NCBI RefSeq assembly: GCF_009914755.1
Contig: NC_060928.1
Source of the DNA: the human T2T-CHM13v2.0 reference genome, Homo sapiens
DNA length: 64,000 nt
Strand: one strand, 5' to 3'
Part shown: positions 59,241 through 64,000 of the stretch, piece after piece
How the letters are laid out: each line of letters opens with the position of its first letter
Position numbering within the stretch: the first letter of the stretch is position 1
Notes under the pieces: model-generated
Told to the model about the DNA's origin: nothing
The model's input: the letters and a program-made list of their open reading frames with translations, nothing else
Database searches by the model: none
Program-made: the position numbers and the translations under genes

Positions 59241-59849
59241 GTAGCCCAACTTTCAATTCTTTTAGTCAAAAGAAAGTTTGTAATTTGTGTCTTTTATCTT
59301 TATATAATTGTGTGTCTAACTTGTCTTTTAAAAAATTTTTGATGTTCCTGGGAAAATCTAGTTCTAATTAAGAAGACATTTAATTAAACCTATACAAGGT
59401 ATAAATTTTCATAACAGCAAGATATAAATAAATAGATATTGGCAGTAGGAGTAATGAGTGATTCCATGTTTAAAAACTTCCCACCAGCCTAGCACGATAG
59501 GCACTTGATGGTTAGATTTACTTTTATTAATTTTTAAATTAAATTAAAGTCAAATAAAGTAATATAGTATGCTTTACTTTTTTAAGTTTTAGGTTTTAAA
59601 CATTTAACCACCACCATCTTATTGAGCCTTTATATTATAACCTCATTCTATACAGAAAAAATATAAGATTCAAATAGATGAAGTGACTTGCCCTAGCCAA
59701 TTCAGCAAACAAGCGGCAGAGGTGGGAACATGAACTGAGGACATGACCTTAGCCAGTGTTATATCCACTACTCCATGAATGACTAACCAAACAGGGAACG
59801 GGAGGGGCACAGGGAAAGTATTCCAGGCCATTGTGAACATCCCTCCACC

Positions 59850-60141
59850 CAGATTAGCAAGTTCTACCTTCTTGGAATAAGTGCCCAAGTAATTATCATC
59901 CCTGGATAAAGCCTTGGTGATAACCAGTTAATTAATCAGGGCTTCTTCATTGTTCAGTGCTTCCCACACTCCATGTTGGACAATAGTGTTCATACCAGAT
60001 TAGCAAGTTCCGCCTTCTTGAAATAAGTGCCCAAATAATTATCATCCCTGGATAAAGCCTTGGTGATAACCAGTTAATTAATCAGGGCTTCTTCATTGTT
60101 CAGTGCTTCCCACACTCCATGTTGGACAATAGTGTTCATAC
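59850..60141 (+). repeat. 146-bp tandem duplication (59850-59995 and 59996-60141)
   Basis: The two units differ at only 4 positions. Confidence 0.97.
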
Positions 60142-60724
60142 TCTAACCCAGACCTTTTGTTAATCTTCTATTCCATTTTCCCACTCTCACTATTACAAAT
60201 GTTTCATTAATGGAGGCCTTCCATCCGAATTTGCAAGAATTTCATGATAAAGAGATATAAAATGTTAGACAAGTTGAGAACTTATTATAAAGCTCTCAAA
60301 AGCAATGATTCAAGATCACAGTTTATATATATGTACAATCTTGTTTTCCTACACAACGTTCTTTAACAAAGCTTTAGTAAGTATTGCGTGGACTTTAGAG
60401 CTGCTGTATTTCCACTGAGCTATATGACTCACATTATTTATAAATACAGAATAAGGATAGACTCAGTGACCCTTGTGGAAAAAATTAGGATACATGTCAA
60501 TTTAAGTCAACAAATGTTGTACCACTATGTTGTACAAAGCACTGTGCTTTTTTGTATCTCTGTCTCACACAGGTGTATATGAATAAACTTATACTCTTTT
60601 CCTTCAAAGATTAGTTGTCAAGATTAGACATAAATGCAACTAACTCAATATTGAGCATAAAATAATTAAATAGCATTTTCCTAAGCCATTTGGTAAAGAA
60701 AATATTTAATGCTTTTACCAATAT

Positions 60725-61176
60725 AGTCAGTTGGCTTTTTGGGATCTCTTGGGAATTTCAGTGCTCCTGTAGTGAACCTTGATCTAGGACCAGCTTGCTT
60801 TTTCTCCCTCCTGTGCCTCCCTTTGTCAGCAGAAGCCTTACTGTTGTCACCAGTTGACAGTATTCATAAGATGGCTGCATCAGTACTTACCTAGAGTCCA
60901 GAAGGAAGGTGAAAACTTTTGTATCCCAAAGGTGGCAAAAACATCCTGAGACTAATTTTCATTGGTCAGAATTGGGCCATGTATTTAACCTTAGACTAAT
61001 CACTATGGCTTACACTAATCATGGAAGATTCCTGGAGCTGGGAGCAGGGACACTTCTAGTCAAACACTATGGTCTAAGTTGGGCAAGGGGTGATATTCAG
61101 AAGGAAATTTTTTACCGTAAAAAGGATAGACATTATCAGTATGTAACAAAATAACAAACCACAATTGCCCACTACA
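60725..61176 (-). mobile_element. MLT1J/K-like MaLR LTR remnant
   Basis: aagatggctgc...tcattggtcagaattgggccatgt...ctaatcactatggc...cccactaca. Confidence 0.55.
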
Positions 61177-61222
61177 GACCTTTAATGCCTTTTAATTATT
61201 GCTGAAAGGCATTAAAGGTCTG
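61175..61222. repeat. Perfect 18-bp inverted repeat with a 12-nt loop
   Basis: cagacctttaatgccttt-taattattgctg-aaaggcattaaaggtctg. Confidence 0.95.
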
Positions 61223-63059
61223 ATATCTACAGAAAAGCTTGCAGAAATAGTGCAGTCAGATAAGAGAAATGAACTGTAGCATATCCAATAGCCTTCAGTG
61301 GTCCAGGTGGCAGTGTTAAGACAAGGTATTAAAATATAGAACTCAATATTTAGAATAAAAAAGATAAAACAAAGCCCAAGACCTACTAAAAAGGGCCTCA
61401 GAATCAGAATAGGAAGCTTCAGTGGACAAGACAATGAACCAGCAGCAACAATGCACAGCACAGAATCTTGTTTCTTTACCCACAGTGGATAAGGTTACCA
61501 TCGACAAATGAAAATATGATGAATTTCTAAAAAATGCTACCACATATACTCATATATTCATATATTTATGGTTATTCAGATTCTGGTATCCAGAGTAGGC
61601 AACATAAAGGTCAGTAGCCCATCCACCACTCATTTTAACAGAAATCTGTCTGTATATACACATGCTGTAGGAGGACACAAAAACTATCAAGGTCTAAGAC
61701 AACAACAGAAGACAGAGCAGGACTAATCAGTAAAAAGAGCCTTAGGACTTTGGTGAGAAGTCAATTCAGGCCAAGCTCTTCAGGAAGAAATGCAGGCAAT
61801 ATTGTTGTGTCCTTCACATAGGAATATGACGTAGGAAACATAAAAATATGTATTTTTACTTGCTTTTTTCTCTCCAATAAATAGTAACATCTTGAAGTGA
61901 TTCAGCTATATATTTTTACCCTACCCCTCTTTTGACATAGTCATGTATTTATGAAAGATGTACTGAGGACAAGGATGCTATCTATAGCCATGGAAACACA
62001 AAGCTTTAATCAGTTCTTGAGCAATCTTAGGATCTAACATTTCTCCTCCTGTATTTTGAAAGCCCCAGTGAGTTTACATTCTCAGAGGACCTTATTACCA
62101 GCAAGGCCCGGAGTCCCAAGAGTAAAAAACATCTTCCTCTCCTCTGTCAGGGGTGATGAGGGTAAGGTGGTGTCTAGAGGCCCAGCCACACCAAATTTTC
62201 AACTGGGACAGTTATATCAGATGCCCCTTAATCGCCTCTATTTGCAAACGTCTACCAATGTGTTCTGTGCTACATCTCATACTTACCTCCTACTGTGTCC
62301 AGCCCTATTATCTGTGCCTTACAACATAGATTAACCCATCATATTTACTCATTCCTGTCCATATTCGCTCTCATCTTCCCCACTATCTCCTCCTGTTTTC
62401 TCATCATTTTCCTATTATTAAAAACAGAACAACTGTCACATTTTCTGGACAGCACCTTTTATTTCAGTGTTCTTTTGGTGTTCGCCTTCTCTGCTGACTA
62501 TATTTCCCAGACAAGCCCATTTACTCTTTGGTATTGTTAGAAAATGTTATTAAGATCACATACCTTGGTTGACCACTAACTTGTGAAATCTTACTTTAAT
62601 CTGGCCCAACTGTCCATTCAGAAACTCTCTCAATCATCCTTTATTTACACATTTCCCATAGTTGACTGTTGTGGACCATTTCTACACAAGCTAGCTTTCT
62701 AAATACTATCCTTACTCACAGTAGATGATGTTGCTTAAAACAATCTTATTTGAATTTCTATAAAATACTCCCTACTACCTCCAGAAATCTTTTTTCACTA
62801 TTCTCCTTACCGGAATGTTCTTTCTTCTACAGATCATTCCAACTCCACAACTGGTCTAAATCCTTCAAATTTACCATTTCCTTATTGTCTTCTTGACTGT
62901 TCCAGGATCTTCTCTAAGTATTCATGGAAATATTTATAACTCTTATTTACACTTATCCTTTGCTTCCTAGTGTTAATTATCTTACAAAATTTTAAAAGAA
63001 ACATAATAAATATCCTCCAAGAAATTTTAAGGAGGATTCTGGTGACATGAAGAGGAAAT

Positions 63060-63560
63060 GGAAGTTATATCAAAAAAACCGGATGGTTTTTATATAAATA
63101 ATACAAAATTTGAAATGAAACAATTATGAATTGGGATGAAAAGACAGAGTGGATACAAAATAAACAAATTACTGAGCAAGAATATTATATTTCAAAATTC
63201 TCCCAGAAGAGAGAAAATTAAAATTCTCCAGCTTTTTTGATTTCATGTATCTATACACATACATGCAAACACAAAATAAAACAAAAATGTAATAAAATAA
63301 AAAAAGAAACTTTCCCAGAAAAACATTTAAAAAGTTAAAAAAAAATGAAAAACTAAGTAAAATGGAGAGAAATATCAAGCCTGTTTAATAAAAATTCCAG
63401 AAAGAAAAATAAAATAATTAGAGGGAAGAAAATATTTGAATAAATGGTAAAAACTTTCCAAAAATAAAAATCAGAAATCTCAGACTAAGAGTTCTTACAG
63501 AGTACCAAAGGAGCAAAAAGATCAACAACACCTAAACACGTTAGTAAGATTTTATAGAAT
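63060..63560 (+). mobile_element. Ancient L1ME ORF1-region remnant
   Basis: A-rich; aaaatatttgaataaatggtaaaaactttcca...acacctaaacac. Confidence 0.5.
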
Positions 63561-63564
63561 CTGA

Positions 63565-64000
63565 AGATTCAATACAATTTCTTTCAAAAAGCCAATGTCA
63601 TTTTCCACAGAAATACAAAACACAATCCTAAAATTTGTATGGACTCAGAAAAAACTCAGAATACCCAAAGTAATCTTAAGCAAAAAGAACAAAGCTGCAG
63701 GCATCACACTCCCTAATTTCAAAGTATATAATAAACTACCGTAATCAAAACAGCATGGTACTGGCATAAAAATAAAAACATCAACCAATGTAATAGGATA
63801 GAAAGCACAGATAATTGACATATTTACTGTCAATTGATTTTCAACAAATGTGCCAAGAACACATGATAAGGAAAAGACGATCTCTTTAATAAATGGTGTT
63901 GGAAAAACTGAATATCCACATGCAGAAGAATGAAATTGTTCCCTTATCTCACACTGTATACATAAATCAACTCAAAATGGATAAAAGACTTCAGTGTAAG
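63565..64000 (+). mobile_element. L1MA/MB ORF2 fragment running off the window end
   Basis: aatcctaaaatttgtatgga...aaagaacaaagctgcaggcatcacactccc...aataaatggtgttggaaaaactg. Confidence 0.85.

Noticed and set aside
59850-60141. CRISPR-like or prokaryotic repeat system
   Set aside because: This is primate DNA with two contiguous units and no spacers; nothing in the window resembles prokaryotic systems.

Overview
Human genomic DNA (the Alu, L1, MIR, L2 and MaLR content shows a primate, and an L1HS-Ta element points to human). The window is AT-rich and repeat-dominated, and looks intergenic or deep-intronic. I found no host protein-coding exon, RNA gene or CpG island. The listed ORFs are Alu/L1/LTR-derived or chance. 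The main structure is a near full-length old L1MA (~29.1-43.6 kb) carrying a full-length but dead L1PA7/8-like element and five Alus. Other repeats include a solo LTR8, MLT1/MLT2/MER74/MER61 LTRs, Zaphod, MER1B and MADE1 DNA transposons, and a young 5'-truncated L1HS-Ta with a probable 3' transduction. The least explained signals are local self-copying events: an ~80-bp inverted repeat (6.0/6.4 kb), a ~165-bp copy placed inside a MIR 3.3 kb from its source, a ~240-bp inverted L1 copy, a 146-bp tandem duplication, a perfect 18-bp hairpin, a three-ended MADE1 and a three-arm Alu. There are also candidate CTCF and AP-1/ETS/GATA sites. I cannot support a wholly new biological system from this sequence. 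Repeat subfamily names are from recalled consensus features, not from a RepeatMasker run.
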